This document shows, piece by piece, positions 1 through 12,652 of a DNA stretch of 43,777 nucleotides. The notes beneath the pieces were generated by a model. The model searched no databases, had not been told where the DNA came from, and saw only the letters and a list, made by a program, of their open reading frames with translations. The stretch is taken from assembly GCF_006345805.1 (NCBI RefSeq), contig NW_021834198.1, positions 1 through 43,777 on the forward strand, written 5' to 3'. The DNA is from Octopus sinensis. Taxonomy: Eukaryota. Position 1 is the first letter of the stretch. Each line of letters starts with the position of its first letter. The position numbers and the translations under genes were made by a program.

Positions 1-419
1 GAAGTCATGAGTCGGAAAAGAAGGATTAACGGGAAGAGAAGGAATGAAAAAGGAGAGAGGAAGGAAAAGAAAGAATAGAGGAAGATAGGCGTACGATAAA
101 CTATGGCCGAAATCAAGGAGAAGAGAGGAATAAAAACTTTAGTTTATACACACTTATGCTTTTAAGGGTCATCATGCTCAGAACAGTAGCATTCACTTCA
201 TATCAAATACTCTCCTAATTTGAATCTTTAGTATTCGATCATTCCTCCTGTCTCACATTTTGAATGAAGTATATTAGAAAGAATAAGTAATGAATGGAAT
301 GAAAAGATCAGCAGCAATTATATTATGATTGGGAAGGTTCAGAGAGAGCTTCAGTAAGACTGGGCAGTAGATAAGAAGAAAAATATATTGTATGTATGAG
401 TGTGTGTGTGTGTGTAACT

Positions 420-800
420 ATATATTTCGTTTCTCGTTGAGTTCTACGTCTAGTTGTGGTGTCCTGTACTCACGTATATATATTTATATATGCGTGTATA
501 TATACATGTAGATGTAGGTACGTACATATATGTTTGTATGTATGCATATATTTTATTTATTACACTATTGTTTGACAGCGCCCTCGCGTCGGTTCGATTC
601 GATTCGTTCGCTTCGTTCCGTTCTTATTCTCCCAGTACTGTTATATATATATATTTTTTTTTCCGGCCCGACATCCGAAACTCGGAGTTTTATCATGGCT
701 ACCGAATAATTGTCACATATCATATTTGCAGATAAATTCCTCTATTTATATAATATCGAGGTCTCTTTCATTCTTTTGATGTCTTACCATTTCTATCAAT
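420..800. mobile_element. Dispersed repeat, probable Penelope-like element terminal fragment
   Basis: Non-coding block ending ...gaggtctctttcattcttttgatgtcttaccatttctatcaat directly into (TA)n. It resembles octopus PLE termini from memory; no protein motif seen. Confidence 0.35.
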
Positions 801-803
801 ATG

Positions 804-855
<52 letters not shown>

Positions 856-1068
856 GTGAAATGGAAAGATGAATAATCTTGTAGTAGATTAATCAAAAGT
901 TTAACCGATACCTTAGTAGCAAAAATCACAGCAGTAAACAGCACGGTTGGAGGTACAACCATCTGGCGTTGCAACCGTGCGTTGGTGCGGATAATTGAAA
1001 TTAAAACATTATTGGTGAATTGAAGAAATGGAGCTGAACGCAGATTGAACAGAAATCGTTTTATTTCA

Positions 1069-1148
1069 TTCTACACGTGTTTCGAAAGGCACAAATTACC
1101 AAAATCCGATTGAATAATGGGACCATATTGTGTCTTTCTCTTCAGGAA
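1069..1148 (-). ncRNA. Type I hammerhead ribozyme motif (mirror copy in the other palindrome arm)
   Basis: Exact reverse complement of 1240-1319. Confidence 0.8.
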
Positions 1149-1239
1149 GAAAAAAGGAAATCCGTTGGAAAAACAAAAACAGAACAGAGGCGGAGCGCCT
1201 CTGTTCTGTTTTTGTTTTTCCAACGGATTTCCTTTTTTC

Positions 1240-1319
1240 TTCCTGAAGAGAAAGACACAATATGGTCCCATTATTCAATCGGATTTTGGTAATTTGTGCC
1301 TTTCGAAACACGTGTAGAA
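1240..1319 (+). ncRNA. Type I hammerhead ribozyme motif
   Basis: Stem I TTC/GAA (extendable past a bulge); core CTGAAGA 1243-1249; stem II GAAAGACACAA/TTGTGCCTTTC (10 of 11 pairs); GAAAC 1305-1309; palindromic stem III ACACGTGT; GTA triplet, predicted cut after 1316. Confidence 0.8.
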
Positions 1320-1386
1320 TGAAATAAAACGATTTCTGTTCAATCTGCGTTCAGCTCCATTTCTTCAATTCACCAATAATGTTTTA

Positions 1387-1620
<234 letters not shown>

Positions 1621-1780
1621 GCACAGGTGTGTGGTAAGAAGCTTGCTTGCCAACCACATGTTTCTGGGTTCATTCACACTGTGTGGCACCTCAGGCTAGT
1701 GTCTTTTACTATAGCCTCGGGTCAACCAAACCCTTGTCAGTGAATTTGTTAGACGGAGTCTGACAGAAGCCCGTCGTATG
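1621..1780 (+). mobile_element. tRNA-derived SINE family A (CORE-like), diverged 5' part
   Basis: gtgtgtggtaagaagcttgc...ggcacc...ctatagcctcgggtcaacc...gaagcccgtcgta; aligns with the copies at 5270, 21363 and 36692. Confidence 0.8.
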
Positions 1781-2127
1781 TGTGTGTGTGCGTGTATTTC
1801 TGTGTTTGCGTGTTGTGTGTATATTCTCTTGCATGTGTGTCTGAATGAAAACGTATTTGGTTAAGATAATTATTTAGATTATTTAGATATTTTATAAATA
1901 GATCAGTAAATGAAAAACTCAGACATCAACAAGCAACAAAAACACATTCCCTCCCCCCTTCCCTGCCCTTCCCCTTTCCCGACATGACCTTCACAATGTC
2001 AGTGGGATTACCAACATTTTACAGTCTAATTCAGGAAAATTGGGTTAGATTTCGACAGTAAGTATGGCTTAAGCACGATAAATCTTTTAATCTGGTGAGT
2101 CAGGACGACAGAAACTACGTCCCTTCT

Positions 2128-2142
2128 AGTAGTAGCAGCAGC

Positions 2143-2192
<50 letters not shown>

Positions 2193-2203
2193 CAGCAGCG
2201 GCA

Positions 2204-2265
<62 letters not shown>

Positions 2266-2283
2266 TGCAGTAGTAGTAGTAGT
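2128..2283. repeat. (AGT)n / (AGC)n trinucleotide microsatellite
   Basis: Source of the poly-Ser and poly-Thr ORFs. Confidence 0.97.
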
Positions 2284-3335
2284 CAACATTATTAGCTTGG
2301 TTGATTGACGGATTGACGGATGCAATCCTCCAATCAGCTATAAAAACGACCTACCTACCCATTCAGTGGTATCTAAATAAATAAATAAATGAATGGATTT
2401 TTACGCACACACACACACACACACACACACATTGCATTACGAGGGGAATTTCAACAACTTCGTACGAGGATTGAAGCGATTGGTTTATTTTCTTTATTGA
2501 AAAATTCTTTAGGATTTCTTTACGTTGCTTGTCCAAACTACTGATAAAGATAGCGGGAGACTTACCTTTTAAAATGTGAACAAGACTTGTGACTGGCGAT
2601 CCGTCATATCTCATTCACTTACTGGCGCATCATCGACATCACAACACTAATTACTCACAAATTCAGTTAGCCTGTGTATTGATCCATTGATACAAAATGA
2701 CAGTGTATCTCGTCCGTGTTTGTCCGTCCCTCTGACGTGTAAATCTCCACCAGAAACTGCAAAACGCATTTAATGAAGTAGATGAAATTAAACAACTTGA
2801 GAATATTTGAAGGTGGGGAAGATGCAGTTGAATCTCGCTGTTTCTGGCTGCTCTTATTTAACTGAGCAACAATATGTACAATGTATTCCGACATACAAGT
2901 GGAATATTTCCATCAAAACTTAGTAAAAAAAAAAGGTAGGTCGACTTATACATCAACACGACTTTGGAGGAGTAAAATTCCGTGTGAAATGTAATAGGAT
3001 TTGGAAAGATTGTAACGATGTTTGAATGCTTACAATACAAATTTACACATGTTTACACTGTATGTTTACACTCATCGGTTTGTATGCCGGAAAATACGGT
3101 GCACAAAGTTGAGGGCATACATTGAAGGTGAGGCTAATGTTATGAATTTATGAAATAAGATGGTGTAAGATTACGCCAGAAAAGGTCTCAAAATGTAACA
3201 TTGTGACCATACTCTGGGATACCTTAATACATGCATACACACGAGGGGATTACAATTAGTTAACCAAATATTTAATATGATGATTACCGTTGGAAGAAAA
3301 TTCTTATTTGAAGTATCAGTCCCAACAGATGATAA

Positions 3336-3490
3336 TCTCTTATATAAAATCCGTTCTGTCTGTCTGTGTGTGTGTCTTCTCGGATCTCGGGCATCCTCCA
3401 TCCGATTGCACTTAAATTTGATATGTAGATACCAACGGTATCAGGGCGTGTATAAGTCTTGAAAAAATTACAAAAATCGATTCCAAGTGA
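3336..3490 (+). mobile_element. Non-autonomous Helitron-like element, 5' fragment
   Basis: A|TCTCTTATATAAAA start, then a gtctgtctgt tract and a ccgattgcacttaaattt core, the same layout as 6851-7289. No 3' CTAG end found. Confidence 0.55.
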
Positions 3491-3899
3491 GAATGCGATC
3501 GATAAAGCCGTTTTTGTCCTGCCTTTCTTTCGTCAACCTGTACATAACTGCACCTTCTATTTTTTGTTGTTTTTATACTGCTTAAAGGCACGTTTCTTTC
3601 CTGCCAAGCTTACTGTTTAAACCATGTTTGTGTTCTCCCAGTCAACAGCCTTATCACTACTGGTACTTTAAACTCTTCGGTTGCATATTTGTGTGAGTAA
3701 AATCGTTTTCTTTGGAATAGAAAAAAGTCTATTTTTATTTCTTCTTTTGCTGGTGTCTCAAATTTAGGTTATCCTGATATCCCCATATGCAGAGAACCCT
3801 GGATTTACTATTAGGCTTTTGTAAATCTCAGACACTTACATATGAAACAATCCGGACATTTCAGTTGATACTGGTCCCTTATTACTTCCTCTCCTGGGC

Positions 3900-5130
3900 T
3901 TTACACAGACAAGACTTTTCTTAAAACTCCTTCCTATACAAAGATCTGCTGTCTTTTGCATGTCCTGTAATCTTGCATCAATGCCAATTTTATTTATTCA
4001 TTCTCGAAACTGTCCGTTATCCAACCCAATGCTCCGATCACAACTGATATCATTAACATCATCCTCCAACAACTTCCCAACCTCTTCTTTCACTGGCTTA
4101 TCCTTCCCCATCTTTTTATGCTCTTTATTTCTCATTCTACTGGGATAGAAATATCGATAATTTGGGCCTCTTTTTCTTTGTCGTTGGTGATTACATTGTT
4201 TGGCTTAAAAGCTTAAATTTGTCATTCTCTGACAGGCTTTCTGGTTTCTGCTGATATCATTTAGCTGCTTTGGCAAACCCATATTTCTCAGATATCATCC
4301 AGTGAATATATCTGATAACATTATCATATCGTCTTTTGTACTTTCGCTGTGCCAACTTACAAGATGACCTGCCGTTTCTCCTTTTTGTTTCACACATATT
4401 AAATAATGGCGACACTTTCGTTTTGTCAACATGAGGTTTAACGTAGATCGGAAGGCTTGCTCCTGGACGCTACACACTAGGGCTTCCGTGCATCCTTTCA
4501 GGTCACCGTTTCTAAACCCCTACCAACTCTTATCCCAATTAGTGGCTACTTTATCTCTACAGTACGACCCGTGTATAATTTTCTCCTTCCATTCCTTTCC
4601 AAGTTCTTGTACTCATTCGGTATTACTGAATCGGCAGATTTCAGTATGTCAAGGTCTCCTTTGACATGGTGTTACCCTTCACATTTTTTAAGGAAGCGAG
4701 CTGAGCCGTTTCCTTCGCTTTTGACAGTTTTCACAACTTATTAATCCTCTACCTCCTTTCTCCCCTCAAACATTAAGTCTTGTAACATCACACCTTGGAT
4801 GGATTTCTTTACACTCTGCCATCAAATTCCTCGTGTTCCTACTTCCTAATTCGTCAATCCCCTATTTAATAACTTCTGCTCTGTAGAACATGACAGACGC
4901 AGCTCTTCAACTTATTTCTTCCATTCAATTTAGACGCCATTACAAGTCTCACCCTTCCAGATTTTCCTTTTTGAATATCTTCATTTCTTTCTCTTTGATC
5001 TTGTCCAACTCAAAGACTCCCAAATACTTGTTTGCTTTATCTCCCACTCTTTTAATGATTAACCATTTGCAAGTTCAACCCCACTACTCTTTCCAATATG
5101 CAAAGAACCCTAGACTGACCACAGCATCGA
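3900..5130 (-). mobile_element. Decayed R4/Dong-type (restriction-like endonuclease) non-LTR retrotransposon, 3' half
   Basis: Minus-strand translation across frameshifts gives NKYLGVFELDKIKEKEMK..RVRLVMASKLNGRNK (RT C-terminus), a CCHC-knuckle-like segment followed by KLAQRKYKRRYDNV, then IIDISIP, ISVVIGALG and MQKTA (RLE domain). Confidence 0.8.
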
Positions 5131-5269
5131 ATATATCCATTTCTAAGAAAATACAGAGGGAGAGCTCGAATCAGCGTCGCAATAGTAATTCCCCGAGAAC
5201 TCGCCACCCACCTACAGTTCAATATTCGCTAAATATGTTATGTGATGTGATACGTGTGTGTGTATATAT

Positions 5270-5624
5270 ATTCTCTTTTACTCTTTTACTTGTTTCAGTC
5301 ATTTGACTGCGGTCATGCTGGAGCACCGCCTTTAGTCGAAGCCTAGTACTTATTCTGCCGTTCTCTTGGGTCGAACCGCTAAGTTACGGGGACGTAAACA
5401 GACCAACATCAGTGTCAAGCGATGGTGGCGGGACAAACACAGACACACAAACACATACATACATATATATATGACGGGCTTCTTTCAGTTTCTGTCTACC
5501 AAATCCACTCACAAGGCTTTGGTCGGCCCGAGGCTATAGTAGAAGACACTTGCCCAAGGTGCCACGCAGTGGGACTGTACTTGGAACCATGTGGATGGAA
5601 AGCAAACTTTTTACCACATAGCCA

Positions 5625-5630
<6 letters not shown>
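5270..5630 (-). mobile_element. tRNA-derived SINE family A, full composite copy
   Basis: A-box-like TGGCTATGTGG head at the right end (B box degenerate), internal TA/CA tract, 3' module ending aaacaagtaaaagagtaaaagag. Confidence 0.9.
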
Positions 5631-5666
<36 letters not shown>

Positions 5667-5674
5667 ATATATAT

Positions 5675-5705
<31 letters not shown>

Positions 5706-6076
5706 CCTAAAATTTATTAATTAATAATATTTTGGCTAATTTTGAAATTAAATTGGCAGTTTATATTTACTGCTGAGAAAACCGCGCGAGCGTGGTGGAT
5801 TTTGAAAATTTATAGCATATAGACTCGAGGCATGTTTATCATCGCCTCCTGGATATATGTTAGTCCTTGGCTTTTCTGCTGATGAGTGCAACGCCAGTGG
5901 TAAATAAATAAATTTATGTACAAAAGATTGCCGAAACTATGCATAGTCCAGAAAGGAGAGGGTAAACGTTTTTATTTCTGTTTCCATTTCAGAATTACAA
6001 CTATTAGTGGTTTGGAGTTTGGCTGCTCTTTCTAGTGAGTCGGATGTCCTATTATGGCCATCCCTTATATGCTTAA

Positions 6077-6078
<2 letters not shown>
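5706..6078 (+). mobile_element. About 370-bp solitary hammerhead-containing element embedded in (TA)n (PLE pLTR or retrozyme-like)
   Basis: Non-coding, with (TA)n on both sides and a canonical HHR inside. Boundaries are inferred from the TA tracts. Confidence 0.55.
5871..5956 (+). ncRNA. Type I hammerhead ribozyme motif, canonical core
   Basis: Stem I CTTTTCTG/CAGAAAGG (8 bp, one G-U); CTGATGA 5879-5885; stem II G(T)GCAA/TTGCC; GAAAC 5933-5937; palindromic stem III ACTATGCATAGT; GTC triplet, predicted cut after 5948. Confidence 0.85.
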
Positions 6079-6113
<35 letters not shown>

Positions 6114-6124
6114 ATAATATATAT

Positions 6125-6180
<56 letters not shown>

Positions 6181-6850
6181 TTAACAAATCTACACCTGGT
6201 AGTTTACCGGTACAGTATGTTCACTTTCTCAGTATTCCTTGGGATTAATGAGAAAGACGGAAGATAGTAGATTCTTTAAAGTTTATTGATCACTGCAACT
6301 GTTTCCACCCATCTAGCATCGATCCCTCACGGATGAGATACTGAACATCTGGTTAAGGTGTAATCTGTCGGCGTAGATGTGTCTCCTCGGGAGATTACAA
6401 GATGTATCTCGTTAAAATAACGTCTGTTGCGCAAGATTTCTTCTCGGTATTTGTTCACAAAGGCAGCATATTAAGGGATACCGCTTCATTATTGTAGAAG
6501 ATCAATAATACATTTTATCAGATGCAAAGAGAAGCAAGTGCACAATGCAGCGAAAAAAGTATTAGATGTAACCGTTTGTAGATATGGATGTACAAATGCC
6601 CTCGCCTACGCTATCTGGCGCACGTACACTCGCTCGTACAAATTTACACGAAGATATAAGCATACGCACTGCTTGGTTTGGTGCACGTACGCTCACACAG
6701 CAAATTAAAAAAGATATTAATGTAGTCAGTGCCTAAAAGTGGCTGGTGATATGACTTCACTTGGTGAAGAGTAACAAAGTCTGTAGAGAGGTTCACGAGA
6801 TCTGGCCAATATACTTTTAGCTCTTGCAGAGTCGTGAATATGTGCGTAAA

Positions 6851-7289
6851 TCTCTATTTATATAAACGGCAGTTTGTCTGTCTGTGTGTCTGTGTGTCTG
6901 TCAGGTTGTACCCTCACCCTGACCACGGTTTTCAACCGATTCTGATGAAACTTGACACACACATAGCCCAATGTCATAATTCAAAACTAACGCACCGAAA
7001 ATTTTGAAAAGTTGCCCCAGTTCTGAAAAAATTCGATAAATTCGACATGGGGTCGAGAATCTAAGCTTTTTATATGCAACACATTTTCTGTCTAGGGGAC
7101 ACAACTCGACCTTTTTATCGCCCAAAGGGACAGCTAGGAACATCGTATACACAGAAGTATTCGAGTGAAGAGAAGATATTGCAACTTACACATGCGCCTT
7201 CGTTCCCTAGAGGGAAAGGACTAGATTGGGATTAGTCGTTGCCTACTAGGGGCTCTTACATACCGGGCAACGCCGGGCTATGCTGCTAG
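6851..7289 (+). mobile_element. Non-autonomous Helitron (about 440 bp)
   Basis: Begins A|TC(TCTATTTATATAAA), has a gtctgtct tract and a subterminal hairpin ccgggc-aac-gccgg, ends CTAG|T. Inserted at an AT with no target-site duplication. Confidence 0.85.
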
Positions 7290-8062
7290 TACAGAAATAA
7301 TAGACGTGAATTTTGTGTATGAACGGCAAATGAAATAACCGATAGTTTATAGAAATTATCAATGCCAGTGTTAGGATCACCAGAGTAGATAAGCGTCATT
7401 TTTTTTACGTTTTCATCTCACGGTGAGCGCGACTTATAGAAAGGATGAAGCTAAAATTTATCTCATTAATCGGTATACAATAGCCAAGGGTGATATTGGT
7501 AACTATTGTGGCATTGTGTTTATAAGAATGGGGAGGCTTGGGGTTAATTCATGCATACATTTAGGTAAATTGTGATTATTAAATTGGTTAACGATTACTC
7601 AAATTCATTCCCACTGCTTTATGCGAAAGTACATTCATAAGCATGCAAGCGTCAGAAATCTTATTAACGACCTCATAGTCCACAAAATAGACAACAATTC
7701 CTCGGAGCAGAGTCTGCATCTCCTGGAAAAGATATTGTACGGCTCTGTGTGTGTGTGTTTCATTATGGACCAAGTTAGATTATACTAAATCTTATTCTAA
7801 TATTTGCCGTTTTGTGTGTGAGTGTGTGAGTGTGTGAGGCTATCAGATGAGTGTGTGAGGCTATCAGATGTGTGTGTGTGTATGTGTGTGTGTGTATGTG
7901 TGTGTGCAAATGCTTGTGTGTAGCAGCGTTTGCACATGAGTGCGCATGTGTGTGTGGTATGGGTGCTAAGTATAACGGTGTAGTAAAGTTTTGTGGGAGT
8001 AGAGGAGGAGACAGTGGAAGGTGGGAAGTGGATGGTGTGCGTAAATGTGTGTGAAGGTGGGT

Positions 8063-8400
8063 TTAGATGAAGAGGGGTGACGAATTGAGACTATGAAGAA
8101 CAGAGGAATGAAGAGAAGAAATAAATTCCTGCTCTCGGCGGAGGCAGGAATCCGTCTGGCCTCTGTACAAGGCCAGTCCGAACACAGACAAATGCTGTAA
8201 CGCATAACCGGTCGAACGGAAGTAGCACGAATCTGATGTTCCGGAGAAGTTCAGCAAAGCAGTCGGCTAATCGCCAGACGGAGGAAGGTAGAGATGTCGG
8301 GTTGAGAATCGGGACGAAGATCGAGTAAGTATTTTAATGCAAAGAGGCCTTCATTGTGAAGGGTAACACTATATAAAAATTTTATGACAAGGATGAACAG
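8063..8400 (-). mobile_element. Internally deleted Penelope-like element fragment (RT motif region fused to GIY-YIG C-terminus)
   Basis: FLYSVTLHNEGLFALKYLLDLRP..PDISTFLRLA (PLE RT) is joined directly to RLADCFAELLRNIRF..GYALQHLSVFGLAL..REQEFISSL..HSLNS* (PLE endonuclease tail). Confidence 0.8.
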
Positions 8401-8405
8401 GAATA

Positions 8406-8451
<46 letters not shown>

Positions 8452-8515
8452 TATCTGTCTGTCTGCCTGTTCTTGTGTGCTTGTGTGTGTGCGTATATTT
8501 GTATGTATATGTAAC

Positions 8516-8700
8516 CGAGGGGTGCTGAAAAGTTCCTGAAAGCCTGGTCGGAGGCCCAACTTTCCGAGGTTTTTTACAGGGCTTAGAAAAAAACTGAAAA
8601 ATCACTACAATAAGTGTGTGAATCTGAGAGGGGAATATGTTGAATAAAATCATAATTAACTGATCCTACCCAAAGCCAGGAACTTTTCAGCACGCTCTCG
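8516..8700 (+). mobile_element. Mariner-derived MITE
   Basis: Terminal inverted repeats cgaggggtgctgaaaagttcctg / caggaacttttcagcacgctctcg, followed by TA. The interior encodes the mariner C-terminus KLKNHYNKCVNLRGEYVE*. Confidence 0.85.
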
Positions 8701-9257
8701 TATATATATATATATAAGTGTAAATGTGCGTTTGTATGCATGTGTCTGTATGTGTGCGTATGTATGCGTATCAAACAATTTGCATAAATCACACAACATG
8801 GAAATTACATGGAAATTGGAACACATTATGTAATGCCACTGACAACTTGCATGCAAGCAATAGATTCGGTCGTTCACCTTCGAAAAGCACATTGCATACG
8901 TACATAACTCTCTCCCTCTCCCTACCCCTCTCTCTCTCTCTCTCTCTCCCCTTCACCCTGCTCATACATACGCGGGTGCACAGATGTATGCTAATGCACA
9001 CGAGCATTAAAATATATACTTCAGTTACAGCTGTAATAACAATTCTAAAATGTTGTGTCTGCTTCCATAATACACTTGTTTAGTGACAGATCCAACTCGA
9101 AAACTAAACAGATGTTTCCACTGTATAAGGTCAAAGGTTAAATTTGTTATGACCCTGCCAGCTTTACCTGTCATTTCAATCAAAATTATTGTGGCTTGTT
9201 GTTACTGGAGAGAGGGCATCTACCTTCAGCTGAGGGTACACACACACACACACACAC

Positions 9258-9647
<390 letters not shown>

Positions 9648-9688
9648 AAGATATAGATATAGATATATATGTGTGTGTAGATGTGGGT

Positions 9689-10060
9689 TTAGATGAAGAA
9701 GGGTGACGAATTGAGACCGTGAAGAATCTGAGGAATAAAGAAAAAAATCAATTGCTGCACTCGACGGAGGCAGGAGTCCGTCTGGCCTCTGTTACAAGGC
9801 CAGTCTGAACACAGACAAATATTGTAATGCATGACCGGTCAAAAGAAAGTGGCACGAGACCGGGGTATCATTGCTGAATCTGATGTTCCAGAGAAGTTCG
9901 GCAAACCAGTCGGTTAATCGCCAAACGGAGGAAAGTAGAGATGTCGGGTTGAGGAACAGGACGAAGATCGAGTAAGTGTTTTAACACAAAGAGGCCTTCA
10001 TTGTGAAGGATAACAGTGTGTAAGGATTTTATGTCGAGGATGTAAACCTGTTACCCTGTG
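9689..10060 (-). mobile_element. Second copy of the internally deleted Penelope-like fragment
   Basis: ILDIKSLHTVILHNEGLFVLKHLLDLRP..STFLRLA is joined to RLTDWFAELLWNIRFSNDTPVSCHFLLTGHALQ; same junction as 8063-8400. Confidence 0.8.
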
Positions 10061-10184
10061 GGTTCCAATAGGGCAGCAAGAATTTCCTGAAATGCAAGTA
10101 AAGTCCGAAGACCTCCATTCTGGAGTTAAGGATATTCCCCAGGTCGAGGGAGTCCTTTAGAATCCTCGGCCTGTTCCGTTATGC

Positions 10185-10268
10185 ATAGCTTATGCATAGT
10201 TTACAGTGTTTGGTCCCGTTTATATAGGGGCCTGGGTTTTCTAGGATTCTCCATGCTATTGTATATGG

Positions 10269-10270
<2 letters not shown>
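10185..10270 (-). mobile_element. Penelope-type GIY-YIG C-terminal fragment, different family
   Basis: YTIAWRILENPGPYINGTKHCKLCI resembles the PLE I.W.IL...PY....K.C.LC motif. Confidence 0.55.
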
Positions 10271-10316
<46 letters not shown>

Positions 10317-10331
10317 ACACACACACACACC

Positions 10332-10386
<55 letters not shown>

Positions 10387-10499
10387 GACAAGATATACCA
10401 AAGGTAAGCAGAGTTACAGCCGTAAGAATTGTTGTCATAGAAATGTTATGTCATGTTTTGTATTAAAAAATAATCTACAGATGTGGTCCAATTTGTTTG

Positions 10500-10685
10500 T
10501 TCTTTGATCCAAAGTTTTCTCATTTTCTGATTCTCCCCTTCTTCCTAGCTCTCCTATATCTTCTGTCGAAGAGCGTAGGCCCTAAACGTAAAATACTTTC
10601 TTACTTCCCGAGCGTTACACTATTACATCTGTTTGACGTTTACACGCCCGTCTTCGTTTTCTGTGCTTTTGTAAATTCTCACTAT
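10500..10685 (+). mobile_element. PLE-terminus-like repeat with degenerate minimal hammerhead (family shared with 24437 and 41765)
   Basis: ctgtcgaagagcgtaggccctaaacgtaaaa at 10563-10593; downstream sequence aligns with the other two copies. Confidence 0.6.
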
Positions 10686-10694
10686 ATATATATA

Positions 10695-10835
10695 TACAAA
10701 ATGGAACAAGAACGCAAAACATCCAGCTAGACGATACAAAGAAAACAAGGACTGGTTATTCGGAGTTTCTTTCCTCAGTCGAGTTCCAGATTATCTTTGC
10801 AATTTCGGCTGGTTATACTCGATATTGCTCCAATC
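10695..10835. mobile_element. Dispersed repeat next to (TA)n, second copy at 35097-35260
   Basis: Shared caaaatgg(g)acaagaacgcaaa..catccag..gacgatacaaa..gcaatttcggctg..attgctcca. Confidence 0.65.
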
Positions 10836-10838
10836 TGA

Positions 10839-10884
<46 letters not shown>

Positions 10885-10899
10885 TATATAATATTATAT

Positions 10900-10931
<32 letters not shown>

Positions 10932-11014
10932 ATATATGTATAAACAAATATATGTAAATATATGTTTGCCAATCTATATTAATCTATAGCGACAAAGTTA
11001 TCGATATTTATATA

Positions 11015-11049
<35 letters not shown>

Positions 11050-11955
11050 GCATGTATGTGTATATCGAAATATACATATGCGTATATAAGTATATATAGA
11101 TACACACACAGATGCACGCACACAAACACACACATATACACACAAAGCAAGATTTCTCATATATCTGAAAGGAGACTAACAAACACATTGCATGTGAGGT
11201 AGGGGTTATTTCTAAAATAAAGTTTGAGATTTGATATGCATTTTGGGGTCTGTTGAGAAGTGGATGGCTTTTAGATAGGCTTTTGTGTCGTGGTTTATTT
11301 TTGCTTGCAGAACCACTGCCAGAAACAGGGAGACATGCGCAGATATTGCTGTTATGTATGATACGATTTAATATAACATGGTACTTTTCGTGCAGGAAAC
11401 GATTCCGTAATAGCATTTTTGAAATAGTATTTGTTTTTTCATCTTTAAGGTATATTCAAAACTTCGTCTTTATCCACGTAAGGAAGAAAAAAAGCAGCTT
11501 ATTTCACACTCGTTCACATTGAAACTTAAGTTGGAATGTCAGTATTAAACAAGCGACAGATGGACATAAAGAATTCTAAGCATAGCAGAGACAAATTACT
11601 GCCTAATAAATTAGTTTTGTTTAGTACACGTATGTATATGATAGACTTTTATCCTATTTCCGTTTCCTTTCGGATTTTTGTTTTGTTTTTGTTGTTTTGA
11701 GATGTGTTGTGAAGTTACATTAGTTCCACAAAAAAGAAATATGAAATTTTCTATCAGTAAATTCCAACCATGGATTATTATTAGTACTACTACATTTGTC
11801 CTACGTTATATCAGCACAGCTCGGTACGATCCCATAAAACTGTGGCTGCAGGTTGGAATCACGAGCCCATAGCCGAAATAATAAAACAGAAGCTTTTTAT
11901 ATGCCTACTCAAAAAACGTTCCCCGTAAACGAACTTAAAGGATACGTGTGTGTTT

Positions 11956-11992
<37 letters not shown>

Positions 11993-12514
11993 GTGTGTGT
12001 GTGTGTGTGTGTGTGTGCATGCGTGTTGGCGATAGAGTATTCTGCTGTTGAATAAAACATGAAATGTTCATGTCTGTAATAGAAAATGTTTTCGAGGTCT
12101 CCGTAGATGAACTGAATGTAGATTTATTGTGAGATATTAACATTGCGTTTGGATGGTGATTGTATCCAGGAGGAAAGAGCGGAGTGAAGGGCGACATCAT
12201 GAATGCACATTGGTGAATGTGACGGCAAGTATAATAATAAAAACACGAAGCTTGTACAAAACAGAAACAAACCCCATAGAGAGAAGGTTAAAGAGAACTC
12301 TATTAGCATATGCTGCGATGGTGCGATGTGCGAGGTCAATTCCTAACCAAGAGATAAAAGATAGATGGTGCCAAGAGGTGAGTCAGCTTAACTAAGAGAT
12401 TCGCAAGCTATCACGACTTAATGTCAAGCTTTGTTGATGTCAAGTTCAACGACATTGTTTTCCTCAAATATTTCAAGAGCAAGGACCCACTGGTCAGTGA
12501 TATACGAAAGCAGA

Positions 12515-12652
12515 AAGGCGGCCAGCAGGCAGAATCGTTAGCACGCCGGGCGAAATGCTTGGCGGCATTTCGTTTGTCTTTATGTTCTGAGTTCAAATTC
12601 TGCCGAGGTCAACTTTGCCTTTCATTCTTCTGGAGTCGATAAATTAAGTACA
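12515..12652 (+). mobile_element. tRNA-derived SINE family B, 3'-truncated
   Basis: aaggcggccagcaggcagaatcgttagcacgccgggcg head, B box GAGTTCAAATTC, body gaggtcaactttgcctttcat..gtcgataaattaagtac. Confidence 0.85.

Larger units (their letters stand above)
855..1386 (-). mobile_element. Hammerhead-bearing short retroelement (PLE pLTR-like) with terminal fold-back inversion
   Basis: Bounded by (TA)n on both sides. 855-1080 is homologous to 38371-38597 and starts at the same tgtgaaat boundary. Contains a perfect inverted repeat and HHR motifs. Confidence 0.75.
1002..1386. repeat. Perfect inverted repeat, 191-bp arms (1002-1192 / 1196-1386), 3-nt loop GAG
   Basis: Positions pair to a constant sum of 2388. 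The ORF track gives identical 71-aa translations on both strands (1077..1292+ and 1096..1311-). Confidence 0.97.

Noticed and set aside
2560-3260. Possible Tc1/mariner relic
   Set aside because: Only faint similarity; no clear catalytic motif or paired TIRs.
6290-6345. Minus-strand hammerhead-like string tcat-CCGTGA-..-GAAAC-AGTT-GCA-gtga
   Set aside because: It needs a core deletion, two stem III changes and has no stem II. It may be a dead HHR but cannot be supported.
6940-6955. CTGATGA in ccgattctgatgaaact
   Set aside because: Part of the Helitron core; no stems or cleavage triplet.
10755-10790. CTGAGGA / CTGAAGA on the minus strand of the 10695 and 35097 repeat family
   Set aside because: Followed by GAAT or CAAAT instead of GAAA, with no stem I complement.
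11290-11400. Strong-looking splice acceptors (tttttgcttgcag, cttttcgtgcag)
   Set aside because: No convincing donor or coding signal; such motifs are expected by chance in AT-rich DNA.
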